Assembly (NCBI GenBank): GCA_963708025.1
Contig: CAVPSB010000025.1
Span: 128,001-192,000 of the forward strand
Direction of reading: 5' to 3'
DNA from: an uncultured Candidatus Rokubacteria bacterium
GTDB taxonomy: Bacteria > Methylomirabilota > Methylomirabilia > Rokubacteriales > DASRDR01
DNA: 64,000 bases
A program made the position numbers and the translations under genes. Shown piece after piece: positions 1 through 10,346 of this stretch (its first letter is position 1; every line of letters starts with the position of its first letter). Below the pieces are notes generated by a model. The model did not search any database. It was given only the letters and a program-made list of their open reading frames with translations, and was not told the origin of the DNA.

Positions 1-619
1 TGGCTCCGGGCCCCGGGGTCCCGTCGGCCGGCGGCTCGCGGTAGCCCAGTCCGGCGGCGGCCGCGCTGAGCCCGATCAGCCCCGCCGCGGTCCCGAGGGC
101 GCCGCGCCAGCCGAGGTGCCCGGCCAGGGAGGGCAGGAGCAGGGCGCCGAAGGCTCCGCCCAGCGGGAAGCCGGCCTGCTTGATGCCGACGGCGGTGGCA
201 CGGCTCGCCGCCGGAAACCAGACCAGGACGCCCTTGGTGGACGTCGGGTTGACGGCGCCGTAGCCCACGCCGGCGAGCAGCACCGCCGCGGTCAGGGCGG
301 CATAGTCTGCGGCCAGCATCATGGCCGCGAAGCAGGCGGCCACGATCCCCTGACCGAACAGGAGCGTCCAGCGGACCCCGACCCGGTCCGCGAGCCACCC
401 GGCCGGCAACGACGTGAGGACGCCGCCGACGTAGAACGCCGAGATGAAGGAGCCGGCTTCCTGGCGGGAGAGCCCGAGGTCGGCCCGGATCATCGGGGCC
501 AGGGACGGGAGCCCGAGGGCGCCGACGTTGGTCGCCGTCTGCACGCCCATGATCAGCGCGAGCACCACGAAGCGATAGCGGGGGGGCTCCGAGGCGGGTG
601 GGCCGAGCACGCGTCCCAT
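1..619 (-). CDS. MFS transporter (partial, runs off window start)
   Basis: Manual translation from ATG at 619: MGRVLG...RYRFVVLALIMGVQ...GWLADRVGVR (MFS motif A) with hydrophobic helices; absent from the ORF track. Confidence 0.85.
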   Translation of the reverse strand, partial: MGRVLGPPASEPPRYRFVVLALIMGVQTATNVGALGLPSLAPMIRADLGLSRQEAGSFISAFYVGGVLTSLPAGWLADRVGVRWTLLFGQGIVAACFAAMMLAADYAALTAAVLLAGVGYGAVNPTSTKGVLVWFPAASRATAVGIKQAGFPLGGAFGALLLPSLAGHLGWRGALGTAAGLIGLSAAAAGLGYREPPADGTPGPGA

Positions 620-672
620 CGTAGCATCCACCGTCGGTCAGGACGTGAGCGTGGCGCTGAGAGGGGCACTGG

Positions 673-700
673 TTGACAGCCGGCCCGATGCCGGTAGCAT
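673..700 (+). promoter_or_regulatory. sigma70-like promoter for the leader-cysE unit
   Basis: TTGACA (673-678), 16 nt, TAGCAT (695-700). Confidence 0.6.
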
Positions 701-709
701 GAAGGAACG

Positions 710-802
710 ATGCGACGGCCCTCGACCGACATCGACGTGCGGTGCCGGGACTGCATCTGTCCCCCCTCCCGGCCGGAGGACTGCCAGATCACGAGCGGAT
801 AG
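710..802 (+). CDS. putative Cys-rich leader peptide (30 aa, MRRPSTDIDVRCRDCICPPSRPEDCQITSG)
   Basis: ATG 710 to TAG 802 with 4 Cys codons, between the promoter and a hairpin upstream of cysE. Confidence 0.55.
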   Translation: MRRPSTDIDVRCRDCICPPSRPEDCQITSG

Positions 803-830
803 GGATTCCGGCGCCAGACTCGCGTTCGAC

Positions 831-868
831 GACGCCCGCGACCTCCGGTCGTGGGCGTTCGTGTCTTG
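831..868 (+). terminator. attenuator/terminator-like hairpin before cysE
   Basis: ACGCCCGCGACC-tcc-GGTCGTGGGCGT stem followed by a weak U tract (TCGTGTCTT). Confidence 0.5.
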
Positions 869-879
869 GGGAGGCTCCC

Positions 880-1467
880 ATGCTGGGGACTGCTTTGGAG
901 GACATCCGGGCCGTCAGGCGGAACGACCCCGCGGCCCACGGCTGGCTGGAAGTGCTGCTGTGCCATACGCCGCTCCACGCCATCCTCCTGCACCGGGTGG
1001 CTCACTGGCTCCACGCGCGGCTGCGTCTCCGGGTCCTCGCGCGGTTTCTCTCGGTGCTCAATCGGTTCTGGACGGGCGTCGAGATCCATCCGGCGGCGCG
1101 CATCGGCTCGGGGTTCTTCCTGGATCACGGGACCGGCGTGGTGATCGGCGAGACGGCGGTGGTCGGCGACCACTGCGTGATGTTCCACAACGTGACGCTG
1201 GGCGGGACCGGCAAGTACCACGGCCAGCGTCACCCCATCGTCGGGAGCCACGTCTTCATCGGGACGGGCGCGGTCCTGCTGGGGCCCATCCGGGTGGGCG
1301 ACCACGCCAAGATCGGGGCCAACGCCTTCGTGGTGAACCGCGACGTCCCGCCCCGCTCGACGGTGGTGGGGACGCCGGCCCGGATCGTCAAGCAGGACGG
1401 CCTCCGGGTTAACGCCGAGCTCCCCCGGATGGCCACGCACCCGGGCGCGGTCCCGGTCGAGCTCTAG
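880..1467 (+). CDS. cysE: serine O-acetyltransferase
   Basis: NDPAA..WLEVLL, TGVEIHPAARIG, DHGTGVVIGETAVVG, VTLGGTG...RHP hexapeptide motifs; GGAGG upstream of ATG 880. Confidence 0.92.
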   Translation: MLGTALEDIRAVRRNDPAAHGWLEVLLCHTPLHAILLHRVAHWLHARLRLRVLARFLSVLNRFWTGVEIHPAARIGSGFFLDHGTGVVIGETAVVGDHCVMFHNVTLGGTGKYHGQRHPIVGSHVFIGTGAVLLGPIRVGDHAKIGANAFVVNRDVPPRSTVVGTPARIVKQDGLRVNAELPRMATHPGAVPVEL

Positions 1468-1468
1468 A

Positions 1469-2563
1469 TCAGCTGGGAACGCTCCAGCGCTTCACGGCGT
1501 CGCCGTCCCAGACGAGGCCGAGGCCGGGGCGCGTCGGCAGCCGAACCCGTCCATCCACCAGCGCGAGCTTCTCGGCCAGGAGCGGCTGGGCCCACGGCAT
1601 GTGCTCGAGGTAGTAGGCGGTAGGGCTGGCCGCCATGAGGTGGCAGGACTGCTCCGGGAAGAGGTGGGAGGCGAGCGGCAGCCGCCAGGCGTCGGCCAGC
1701 GCCGCGGTCCGGAGCCAGCCCGTCACGCCGCCGATCCGCTCCAGGTCGGGCATCATCACGTCCACCGCCCGGGCCTCGATCAGCTCGCGGAAGCCGAAGG
1801 GGGCGTAGGCGTTCTCGCCGGTGGCCAGCGGAGTGGCCAGCTCGGCGGCGATCCGCGCCTGGCCGGGAACGTCGTCGTGGGGAATCGGCTCCTCGAACCA
1901 GGTGAGGTCGATTCCGGCGTCCTCCAGCTTGCGCCCCATCCGCAGGGCGTAGTGGACGTCCCAGCCCTGGTTGGCGTCCGCCATCAGGCGGACATCCCGG
2001 CCGATCGCGTCGCGGACCGCCCGGGCGGCAGCCAGGTCGTCGGCCTCGCGGGGACGGCCGAGCCGCATCTTGACGGCGTGGAAGCCGTGGCTCACCAGCT
2101 CCGCCGCCTCGGCGGCCAGCTTGCCGAGGTCGTCGGTCAGCCAGAGCCCCTCGCTGGCGTACGTCTCCACCGGGGCGGCCGAGCCGCCCAGCATCTGCCA
2201 GAGCGGGACGCCGAGGGCCTGGGCCGCGACGTCCCACGCCGCGGTGTCGATCGCCGAGATCGCGAAGACGGCCAGCCCGCGCCGGCCCGCCATCGAGGAG
2301 ACCTGCCAGATCTTGCGGTAGAGCGGCGTAGTCTCGCGCGGGTCCATGCCGCGGACCTGCGCCTCGAGCCCGCGGAGCAGCTCGATCACCGCCCGGCCCC
2401 AGTCCTGCCCGAAGGTGACCAGGTAGGTCTGCCCGGTCAGCCCCTGGTCGGTCTCGAGGTCGACCAGGAGCAGCGTCATCGTCTCGCTCGTCCGGATGCG
2501 GGAGACGATCGGCCGCGCGAGCGGCACGTCGACCAGCGTCGTGCGAATGGCGGTGATCTTCAT
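1469..2563 (-). CDS. mandelate racemase/muconate lactonizing enzyme family protein
   Basis: SAIDTAAWD, KMR, DANQ, WFEEP, TGEN enolase-superfamily motifs. Confidence 0.9.
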   Translation of the reverse strand: MKITAIRTTLVDVPLARPIVSRIRTSETMTLLLVDLETDQGLTGQTYLVTFGQDWGRAVIELLRGLEAQVRGMDPRETTPLYRKIWQVSSMAGRRGLAVFAISAIDTAAWDVAAQALGVPLWQMLGGSAAPVETYASEGLWLTDDLGKLAAEAAELVSHGFHAVKMRLGRPREADDLAAARAVRDAIGRDVRLMADANQGWDVHYALRMGRKLEDAGIDLTWFEEPIPHDDVPGQARIAAELATPLATGENAYAPFGFRELIEARAVDVMMPDLERIGGVTGWLRTAALADAWRLPLASHLFPEQSCHLMAASPTAYYLEHMPWAQPLLAEKLALVDGRVRLPTRPGLGLVWDGDAVKRWSVPS

Positions 2564-2717
2564 CGGGGCCCTCCTGGCACCCATGCTAGCGCGAAACCGG
2601 CCACCGGGCGCGTACCGGCGGGCAGCGGTGGCGGAATCGGCGCGTCCCTGCTACGCTAGCCGACCGAGCGGGGCCCGCGACGCGGCCCGCGAACCCATCC
2701 AACGGAGGAGAGATGTC

Positions 2718-3569
2718 ATGAGCAGCTTCGCCTGGAGTTGACGGATCGTCGTGCTGGCCGTGGGCGCCACCCTCGCCGGCGGGGTCGCCGCGCCGCTGGA
2801 GGCGGCCGGGCTGCTCGACGAGATCAAGAAGCGGAAGGAGATCGTGGTCGCGACGGAGGCGCAGTACCCCCCGTTCGAGTTCGTGGAGGGCGGGAAGATC
2901 GTCGGCTACCACGCCGACCTCCTGGCGCTCGTGATGAAGGACCTGGTCGCCCAGGGCGTCAAGGTCAACCAGCTCGACCTGCCCTTCCAGGGGCTCCTGG
3001 CCGGGCTCCAGGCCAAGAAGTACGACATGATCGCCACCGCCCTCTTCGGGACCGAGGAGCGCGCCAAGCGCTTCGCGTTCACGGTGCCGACCGCGTACGG
3101 GACGACGGGCATCGTCACCCGGGCGAACAACGCCGCCATCGGCAAGCCGGAGGACCTGGCCGGCAAGACCATCGGGGCCCCGCAGGCGACGAAGTACCTG
3201 GACCAGATGAAGGCCTACAGCGAGGAGCTCAAGAAGAAGACGGGGACCGGCATGAAAGAGGTCCGCGAGTACGTCGGCTTCACCGAGATCTACGCCGACA
3301 TCGACAACGGCCGGATCGACGCCGCCCCCAACGGCCTGCCGAACCTGGCCTGGCTCATGAAGCAGCAGCCGGGCAAGTACAAGCTGGCCGGCCAGCTCGG
3401 GGACCGGACCTACTTCGCCTGGGCCTCGCGGGTCGAGGACCGGGACCTGGCCGACTACCTGAGCGCCCAGATCCTCAAGGCGAAGAAGGACGGGACGCTG
3501 AAGGAGCTGCAGATGAAGTGGTTCGGCCTGGTGATGGAGACGCCGGACGTCCCGACCCTGATGAAGTAG
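2718..3569 (+). CDS. polar amino acid ABC transporter substrate-binding protein (in-frame TGA at 2739 in the signal peptide)
   Basis: ATEAQYPPFEF...GLLAGLQAKKYD SBP family 3 pattern; GGAGGAG then ATG 2718, in frame with ORF 2751 but interrupted by TGA 2739-2741. Confidence 0.8.
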
Positions 3570-3590
3570 CGACCGCGCCGGGACCGGCCG

Positions 3591-4259
3591 GTGGGCTTCG
3601 ACCTCCGGGTCGTGATCGAGAGCCTCCCGCTGCTCCTGCGGGGGGCTCTCGTCACCCTGGAGGTCTCGGCGCTCGGGATCGTCCTGGCCGGCCTCATCGC
3701 GCTGCCGGTCGCGCTCGGCCGCCGCTCCCGCTCGCGCGCGCTGCGCGCGCTCACCTTCCTCTATCTCGACGCGGTGCGGGGGACCCCGCTCCTCCTCCAG
3801 CTCTTCGTCATCTTCTACCTACCGCCCCTGGTCGGCCTCGACCTCTCGCCCTTCCAGTCGGGCGTCGTCGCGCTCGGCGTCAACGGCGGCGCCTACGCGG
3901 CGGAGATCCTCCGGGGCGGCCTCCAGGCGCTGCCCCGCGGCCAGGTCGAGTCGGCCCGCTCGCTCGGCATGAGCGGCGCCCAGTGTCTTCGCCGGATCGT
4001 CCTGCCCCAGGTGGTCGTCAACGTGCTGCCGGCGCTCACCAACGAGGCGGCCAGCCTGGTCAAGGCCTCGTCCCTGGTCTCGGTCCTCGCGCTGATCGAG
4101 CTGACCCGGGTCGGCCAGCAGATCGTCGGACGCATCACCCGGCCGACCGAGATCTACGTGACGGTCGCCGCCCTCTACTTCGTCGTGAACGTCGCCATCG
4201 CCTGGGCCTCGGCGACCGCCTGGCGGCGCCTGACGCGTCTACCGGTGACCCGCCGGTGA
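3591..4259 (+). CDS. amino acid ABC transporter permease
   Basis: [32 protein letters not shown] (EAA loop). Confidence 0.92.
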   Translation: MGFDLRVVIESLPLLLRGALVTLEVSALGIVLAGLIALPVALGRRSRSRALRALTFLYLDAVRGTPLLLQLFVIFYLPPLVGLDLSPFQSGVVALGVNGGAYAAEILRGGLQALPRGQVESARSLGMSGAQCLRRIVLPQVVVNVLPALTNEAASLVKASSLVSVLALIELTRVGQQIVGRITRPTEIYVTVAALYFVVNVAIAWASATAWRRLTRLPVTRR

Positions 4260-4912
4260 CCTTCGACTGGTCCCTGGTCGCCCGCCACTGGCCCGACTTC
4301 CTGCGCGGGGCCGCGCTGACGCTCGCCCTGGCCGTGGCGGCGACGCTGATCGGCCTGACGCTGGGGCTGCTGGCGGCCCTGGCCCGGCTCTCCCCCTGGC
4401 GGGCGCTGGCCGGCGCGGCCCGGGCCTACGTGGAGGTCGTCCGGGGCACGCCGCTCCTCGTCCAGATCTTCTTCGTCTACTCGGTGCTGCCGCTCTACGG
4501 GGTCCGGCTCTCCGCGCTCGCCGCCGGCATCCTCGCGCTGTCGCTCTACACCGGCGCCTTCGCCGCCGAGATCTTCCGGGCCGGGATCACCGCGGTCCAC
4601 CGGGGGCAGGTGGAGGCCGCGCGCTCGCTGGGGATGAGCTACGGGCAGACCCTGCGCCGGATCGTGCTGCCGATCATGGCGGCCATGGTGCTGCCGCCGA
4701 TCACCAGCGAGTTCACCGGCGTCATCAAGTGGTCGTCGCTCCTCTCGGTCATCACCGTGCCCGAGCTGACCTTCGCGGCCCAGCGGGTGATCGGGGAGAG
4801 CTACAGCGTGATCGAGCCGCTCCTGATGGCCGGGCTCCTCTACTGGGCGCTCAACGACCTGATGGTCTACGCCGGGCGGCGGCTCGAGCGGCGGATGACC
4901 CGGTACCTCTGA
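4256..4912 (+). CDS. amino acid ABC transporter permease
   Basis: GTG overlapping the previous stop; [15 protein letters not shown]...[11 protein letters not shown]. Confidence 0.92.
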   Translation: MTFDWSLVARHWPDFLRGAALTLALAVAATLIGLTLGLLAALARLSPWRALAGAARAYVEVVRGTPLLVQIFFVYSVLPLYGVRLSALAAGILALSLYTGAFAAEIFRAGITAVHRGQVEAARSLGMSYGQTLRRIVLPIMAAMVLPPITSEFTGVIKWSSLLSVITVPELTFAAQRVIGESYSVIEPLLMAGLLYWALNDLMVYAGRRLERRMTRYL

Positions 4913-4934
4913 TGGCGCCCGTCGAGCCGCCTTC

Positions 4935-5035
4935 CGCTCCCTCTCCCTTCCAGGGAGAGGGTCGGGGTGAGGGTTCGGCGCCCCCGGCGAAGGCGCCCCC
5001 TCACCCTGTCCCTCTCCCCCGAGGCGGGGGAGCGG
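4935..5035. repeat. palindromic REP-like element (CCCTCTCCC/GGGAGAGGG and CCCTCACCC family)
   Basis: CCCTCTCCCTTCCAGGGAGAGGG...GGGGTGAGGG...CCCTCACCC; similar copy at 16920-17017. Confidence 0.75.
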
Positions 5036-5049
5036 GAACGAGCGAGCCG

Positions 5050-5828
5050 ATGATCCGGATCGCGGGGCTCCGGAAGTCCTTCGGCGCGCTCGAGGTGCTG
5101 AAGGGGATCGACCTGGCCGTGGCCCGCGGCGAGGTCGTCTGCCTGATCGGCCCCAGCGGCTCGGGGAAGAGCACGCTCCTCCGCTGCATCAACTTCCTGG
5201 AGGAGCCGACCGCCGGGCTCGTCCACGTGGACGGCCAGCCGATCGGCTACCGGCGTGGACGCCGCCGGCCGTCGCGTCCGGGACCCGGCCCGGCGGATCA
5301 ACGAGCTGCGGGCGCGCATCGGCATCGTCTTCCAGTCCTACAACCTCTGGCCCCACCGGACCGCGCTCGGCAACGTCATCGAGGCGCTCCTGGTCGTCCG
5401 CCGGCGTCCCCGCGCCGAGGCCGACGCGGATCGGCCTGGCCATGCTCGACCGCGTCGGCCTGCGCGACAAGGCGGACGAGTACCCGTCCCGGCTCTCCGG
5501 CGGCCAGCAGCAGCGGGTCGCCATCGCGCGGGCGCTGGCGATGGAGCCGGAGGTCATGCTCTTCGACGAGGTGACCTCCGCGCTCGACCCCGAGCTGGTC
5601 GGCGAGGTCCTCAAGGTGATGCGCGGCCTCGCCGCCGACGGCATGACGATGGTCGTCGTGACCCACGAGATGGGCTTCGCCCGCGAGGTGGCCGACCGAG
5701 TCGTCTTCATGGACGACGGGGCGATCGTGGAGGAGGGCCCGCCCGACGTGGTGCTGGTCCAGCCACGCAACGACCGGACCCGCCGCTTCCTGGCCCGCAT
5801 CCTGGCCCCCGACGCCCGCGGCTCCTAG
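5050..5828 (+). CDS. amino acid ABC transporter ATP-binding protein (GlnQ-like; apparent frameshifts near 5250 and 5430)
   Basis: Walker [22 protein letters not shown] and [26 protein letters not shown] are split over three frames. Confidence 0.85.
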
Positions 5829-5893
5829 CCCTGATCGGCAATTCCACCACGCTAGGGTGCAGCCCGCTCCGTATGATCGCCGATGGGGGCTAG
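5825..5893. mobile_element. MITE-like element with CTAG ends between convergent stop codons
   Basis: CTAGCCCTGATCGGCAAT ... ATCGCCGATGGGGGCTAG, 15/18 inverted match. Confidence 0.5.
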
Positions 5894-6807
5894 TCTGAGC
5901 GGACGCCCTTGGCAGCCGGGATGCCGGGAAGGGGGCGGTCCCAGTAGGGGAGGCGGTCCACCCGCGGGTGCCAGGTGCCGGCGGCGATCGCCTGCTTCAC
6001 GTGGGCGGCGATCTCCTCCAGGGTGGCGAACCACACCCCGCCCTTGGCCTGCATGTGCTCGATCAGCTCGATGATCGCCTCGCAGCGGGGCATCCGTCCG
6101 GAGACGAAGGGGTGCCAGACCCCGTTCCACAGCCCGCCGTACTTCCAGGCGGCGTCGAACTCGGTGCGGAAGACCTCCATCGCGCGCCGGGGCGAGGCGA
6201 TCGGCAGCATGTAGCCGAAGTCCTTCATGCAGACGTACTGGGACCAGTCGTCCTGCGACATGTCGTGGGGCACCTCGATGAGGGTCGCCCGCCCGTTGCC
6301 GATCACATAGGGAATGTCGTCGCCCTGGAGCGAGGCGTCGTACTCGAAGCCCTCCTCGAGGAGCAAGTCGAGCGTGTTCCGGGAGAAGGCGAAGGACGGC
6401 GCCCGGTAACCGTGGGGTCGGCGGCCGGAGGCCTTGACGATCGCCTCCAGCCCCTGCCGGAGGCAGGCCCGCTCCTCGTCGGCGGAGAGCTGGTTCGACT
6501 TCTCGTGCCAGTAGCCGTGATGCCCCAGCTCGTGGCCGCCGGCCAGGATGGCCTCGACCGCGCGCGGGTAGGTCTCGATGCACCAGCCTGGCACGAAGAA
6601 GGTCTGGCGGAGGCCGTAGCGGGCGAGGATGTCCAGGAGGCGCGGGACCGCCACCTCGACGTCGTAGCGCAGCACCGACGACATCGTCACGCGGTTGTGG
6701 GCGGTGTCGGGGAAGTAGAAGTGGAGCAGGCTCTCGGCGTCCACGTCGAAGGTGAAGGCCGCCGCGCAGCGGGCGCCGTTCGGCCAGGGGATCGGGTTCT
6801 TGATCAC
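5890..6807 (-). CDS. polysaccharide deacetylase family (CE4, PuuE/PgdA-like) protein
   Basis: WPNGARCAAAFTFDVDAES, TFFVPG, GHELGHHGYWHE, GYRAPS, WHPFVSG. Confidence 0.9.
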   Translation of the reverse strand: MIKNPIPWPNGARCAAAFTFDVDAESLLHFYFPDTAHNRVTMSSVLRYDVEVAVPRLLDILARYGLRQTFFVPGWCIETYPRAVEAILAGGHELGHHGYWHEKSNQLSADEERACLRQGLEAIVKASGRRPHGYRAPSFAFSRNTLDLLLEEGFEYDASLQGDDIPYVIGNGRATLIEVPHDMSQDDWSQYVCMKDFGYMLPIASPRRAMEVFRTEFDAAWKYGGLWNGVWHPFVSGRMPRCEAIIELIEHMQAKGGVWFATLEEIAAHVKQAIAAGTWHPRVDRLPYWDRPLPGIPAAKGVRSD

Positions 6808-6956
6808 GGGTGGCTCCTTTTGTCGGCTTCGTCGGCGCTGCCGATCGTATCGCTCCCGCGAGCCCGGGCGCAATCCGGGGCTCGCGCCGGGGGTGGGCCC
6901 GGGTAGAATACGGTCGGGTCGTCGAGCCGTTCCATCCCGTGGAAGGAGGAAGCTCC

Positions 6957-7602
6957 ATGATCGCGATCCCGGACCCGTCGAGCCTCGCCATCTTCGTCGT
7001 GGCCGCGCTTCTGCTGCTCCTCACGCCCGGCCCGGCCGTTCTCTACATCGTGACGCGGAGCATCGACCAGGGTCGCCGGGCGGGGCTGGTCTCCATGCTG
7101 GGGGTGCACGCCGGCACGCTCGTGCACGTCGCGGCGGCGGCGGCCGGCCTGTCGACGCTGCTCGCCGCCTCGGCTACCGCGTTCAGCACCGTGAAGTACC
7201 TGGGCGCGGCCTATCTCGTCTTCCTCGGCATCCGCCGGCTGCTCGACCGCAGTCCCGTGGCCCGGGCCGTGGACGGCCGCTCAGCGTGACCTGCGCCGGG
7301 CATTCGTCGACGGTGTGGTGGTGAACGTGCTCAACCCGAAGACGGCCCTCTTCTTCCTCGCCTTCCTGCCCCAGTTCGTCAACGTGTCCCGGGGCGGCGT
7401 CGGCATGCAGGTCCTCGGGCTGGGGCTGCTCTTCATGCTGCTGGGACTGATCACCGACGGGCTCTACGCGGTCACGGCGGGCACGGCGGCGACCTGGCTC
7501 CAGGGCAATCCACGGCTCCTCACGGGCGGGCGGTGGGTCTCCGGCGGCATGTACGTCGGCCTCGGGCTGGCGGCCGCGCTGGCGAGCAGCCATCGGAAAT
7601 GA
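6957..7602 (+). CDS. LysE/RhtB family exporter (apparent frameshift near 7285)
   Basis: TPGPAVLYIV, KYLGAAYL, then NVLNPKTALFFLAFLPQF in another frame. Confidence 0.85.
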
Positions 7603-7637
7603 CGCCCGCGCCTGGACGGCCCGGAAGGAGGCACTCC

Positions 7638-8657
7638 ATGAGCCTCAAGGACAGCGGGCAGTACTACCACGAGGTGCTCAAGCGCATCCCGCCCCAGGCG
7701 TTGCCCGTCTTCGAGGACGAGGCGATGCAGGAGCGGGTCTGGGGCCGGCGGTGGGGCGTCTACACCGACGTCGGCACCCTGCGGCTCGTCCTGGTCCACC
7801 GGCCGGGCGACGAGATCCGCCTGATGACCGCCGACCGCTACGATCCGACCATCGAGGCGTTGATCGACGACGACGCCCAGTGGTACTGGCGCGGCGACCG
7901 CGCCCCCGACCTCGCGAAGATGCAGCAGGAGCACGACGCGATGGTGGCGGCCCTCCGCCGCGAGGGCGTGGAGGTCGTCCACGTCAACGGGTCGCCGGCC
8001 GACCCGAAGGCGATGTACACGCGCGACAACGGCGTGGTCGTCCGCGGCGGCGTCATCGTCTGCCGGATGGGTCCGGTCGGGACCCGGCCGGGCACCGGGC
8101 GGCGCGGCGAGGAGGCCTACGTCACGCGCGCGCTGGCCGGCCTCGGGATGCCGATCTTGCGGACCATCCACGGGATCGGGCTCTTCGAGGGCGGGAGCTT
8201 CGCCCTCCTGGACGAGACGACCGCGGTGGTCGGGCTCTCCTACCGGCAGAACGAGGAGGCGGCGCGCCAGATCGAGGAGGTGCTGGCGGTGCAGGGGATC
8301 CGGCTGATCCGCGTCCCGCTGGCCGGCCACGCGCTCCACATCGACGGCCAGATCGTGATGGTGGACCACGGCCTGGCGCTGATCAACCTGGAGCGGACGC
8401 CGTACTGGTTCCTGGACACCCTCCGGGAGCTGAAGATCCGCTGGGTCGAGGTGCACCACGCCGACAACCCCCGGGTGGTGAACTGCCTGGCCGTCCGCCC
8501 GGGCAAGGTGCTCCTGGCCATCAACAACGGCGACGGCACCGCCGGGCGCCTCGCCGACCACGGGGTCGAGGTGGTGCCGCTCGACTACGCGGAGTCCCAG
8601 CAAAACGGCGGCGGCATCCACTGCTCCACGCTGCCGCTCATTCGCGACCGCGACTGA
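7638..8657 (+). CDS. amidinotransferase / dimethylarginine dimethylaminohydrolase family protein
   Basis: YTRD, FEGG, LHID and C-terminal GGGIHCST with catalytic Cys; AAGGAGG SD. Confidence 0.88.
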   Translation: MSLKDSGQYYHEVLKRIPPQALPVFEDEAMQERVWGRRWGVYTDVGTLRLVLVHRPGDEIRLMTADRYDPTIEALIDDDAQWYWRGDRAPDLAKMQQEHDAMVAALRREGVEVVHVNGSPADPKAMYTRDNGVVVRGGVIVCRMGPVGTRPGTGRRGEEAYVTRALAGLGMPILRTIHGIGLFEGGSFALLDETTAVVGLSYRQNEEAARQIEEVLAVQGIRLIRVPLAGHALHIDGQIVMVDHGLALINLERTPYWFLDTLRELKIRWVEVHHADNPRVVNCLAVRPGKVLLAINNGDGTAGRLADHGVEVVPLDYAESQQNGGGIHCSTLPLIRDRD

Positions 8658-8739
8658 CCGTCAGACCTTCCGGAGGGGTAGTCAACATGATGCCCTGTTC
8701 TTGGCCGTCGCCCCCCGGGGGGTGTTGTGCGTCGTCGCG

Positions 8740-8850
8740 CCAGACACGAGTTCTTCCCCAATGTGCCGGTGCGTGCTGACCTCAGTGGCAACCGGGCGTT
8801 CTTCGATTGCAGCAAGACTGAGCACGTGCTGAAGTGGAGCCACGACCCAG
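8740..8850 (+). pseudogene. possible remnant C-terminus of an NAD-dependent epimerase/dehydratase
   Basis: EFFPNVPVRADLSGNRAFFDCSKTEHVLKW resembles extended-SDR C-termini; no upstream part is present. Confidence 0.35.
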
Positions 8851-8900
8851 GCTCGACCCCACACCAGATCAGGGCCGCGGTGGGTGAGATCCATCGATTA

Positions 8901-10301
8901 GTGCGTCGGTTCACTCCTCAGTCCGCGCGCAAACTCGTGCGGCGTAGGCTGGAACTGGGTCAGCGACTCTGCCAGGACGTCCATGTCTCGCTGAGTCGGC
9001 TCAACAGGACGGCGTTCGCGGGCGTCTGGTCCAGGGGGCGCCGCTACGAAGGGTCCCCCGGGCTGCGGCTGGACCGGCTCCCCACGATCCTCAGGAACGC
9101 CGAGGCCAGCCTCGCCGACAACATCATGCCGTTCTGGACGCGCAACACCTGGGACGAAGAGGGCGGAGGGTTCATCACCCACCTCGACCGGACAGGTGAA
9201 CGGCTGGGTCCCACTGACAAGCACCTCGTGATGCAAGCGCGAATGATCTGGACCCTGGCCGCGGCGCATCGGCACGGCCTCGCTCATCGGGGCTACCTCG
9301 AGCGGGCCGGCCAGGGCGTGAGGTTCCTGAAGGAGCGGATGTGGGACCCCGAGCACTCCGGTTTCTTCTGGAGAGTCGGGCGCGACGGGCAGCCCGTGGA
9401 CGCGCGCAAGGTCACGTACGGCCACGCATTCGCGATATATGCTCTCGCCGAGTTCGCGATGGCCTCGGGCGATGCGGGTGCTCTTGGCTGGGCCGAGACG
9501 GTGTTCGATGTTCTCTATGAGAAGGCCGATGACGGAGAGCTGGGGGTCAGAGAGGAGTTCGCGCGCGACTGGAGGGTTCCCCCGGGGAATGGTCAGGAAC
9601 GCAAGACCGTGAACACCCATCTGCACCTTCTGGAGGGCCTGACGACCCTCGCAAGAGCGTCCGGGAAAGGCCGGCACGCCACGGCCCTTCGGAGGATTCT
9701 GGAGGTCCTGCTCGTCAAGGGTCTCCACCTCCGGGATCGCTGCGCACTGGATTGTCACTTCGACCGCGCGTGGCGGCTGGGATCGCGCCGCGAGGGCAAG
9801 CTCGTCACCTCCTACGGTCACAACGTCGAGCTCGCGTGGCTGATCCTCGACGCCGTGGACACCCTCGGCGAGCCACGCGCCACGGTCCGCGAGAGCGTCC
9901 TTGGCCTCATCGACCACGCCCTGACGTACGGCTTCGACCGGACGCGCGGAGGTGTGGCGAGGTACGGACCCTCCGCGGGGAGCGCAGTCTGTGCCCTGTA
10001 TCTCGACAAGGAACGGCTCGCGAAGCACTGGTGGGAACAGGCCGAGATGCTTATCGCGACCATCGAGGCGTACCGCTGGACCGGCGACACGAAGTACCTG
10101 ACCGCCTTCGAGAAGCAGTTCGACTGGGTCTGGACCTATCAGACGGACCACGACGGCGGTGACTGGTTTGAAGCCACGACATGGGACGGCCGGCCTCTCA
10201 TTTTGAACAAGGGGCACGAGTGGAAGTGCCCCTACCACTCCGCCCGAGCCCTGATCCGCGTGTCAGAGGCCCTTCGCGCCATGGGCGTCAGGCCGGAGTA
10301 G
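8901..10301 (+). CDS. AGE family epimerase/isomerase (cellobiose 2-epimerase-like); start uncertain
   Basis: MPFW...D.EGGGF, K.LVMQARMIW, YGHAFAIYAL, NTHLHLLE, SYGHNVELAW, WWEQAE, WKCPYHSAR. Confidence 0.88.
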   Translation: MRRFTPQSARKLVRRRLELGQRLCQDVHVSLSRLNRTAFAGVWSRGRRYEGSPGLRLDRLPTILRNAEASLADNIMPFWTRNTWDEEGGGFITHLDRTGERLGPTDKHLVMQARMIWTLAAAHRHGLAHRGYLERAGQGVRFLKERMWDPEHSGFFWRVGRDGQPVDARKVTYGHAFAIYALAEFAMASGDAGALGWAETVFDVLYEKADDGELGVREEFARDWRVPPGNGQERKTVNTHLHLLEGLTTLARASGKGRHATALRRILEVLLVKGLHLRDRCALDCHFDRAWRLGSRREGKLVTSYGHNVELAWLILDAVDTLGEPRATVRESVLGLIDHALTYGFDRTRGGVARYGPSAGSAVCALYLDKERLAKHWWEQAEMLIATIEAYRWTGDTKYLTAFEKQFDWVWTYQTDHDGGDWFEATTWDGRPLILNKGHEWKCPYHSARALIRVSEALRAMGVRPE

Positions 10302-10346
10302 CCTATGCGCTCTTCTCGACGTCGGAGTTCTACAACACGGACCGCC

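Noticed and set aside
2739-2741. In-frame TGA as selenocysteine or an alternative genetic code
   Set aside because: It lies in a signal peptide and TGA is a normal stop elsewhere in the window; a nonsense mutation or sequencing error is likelier.
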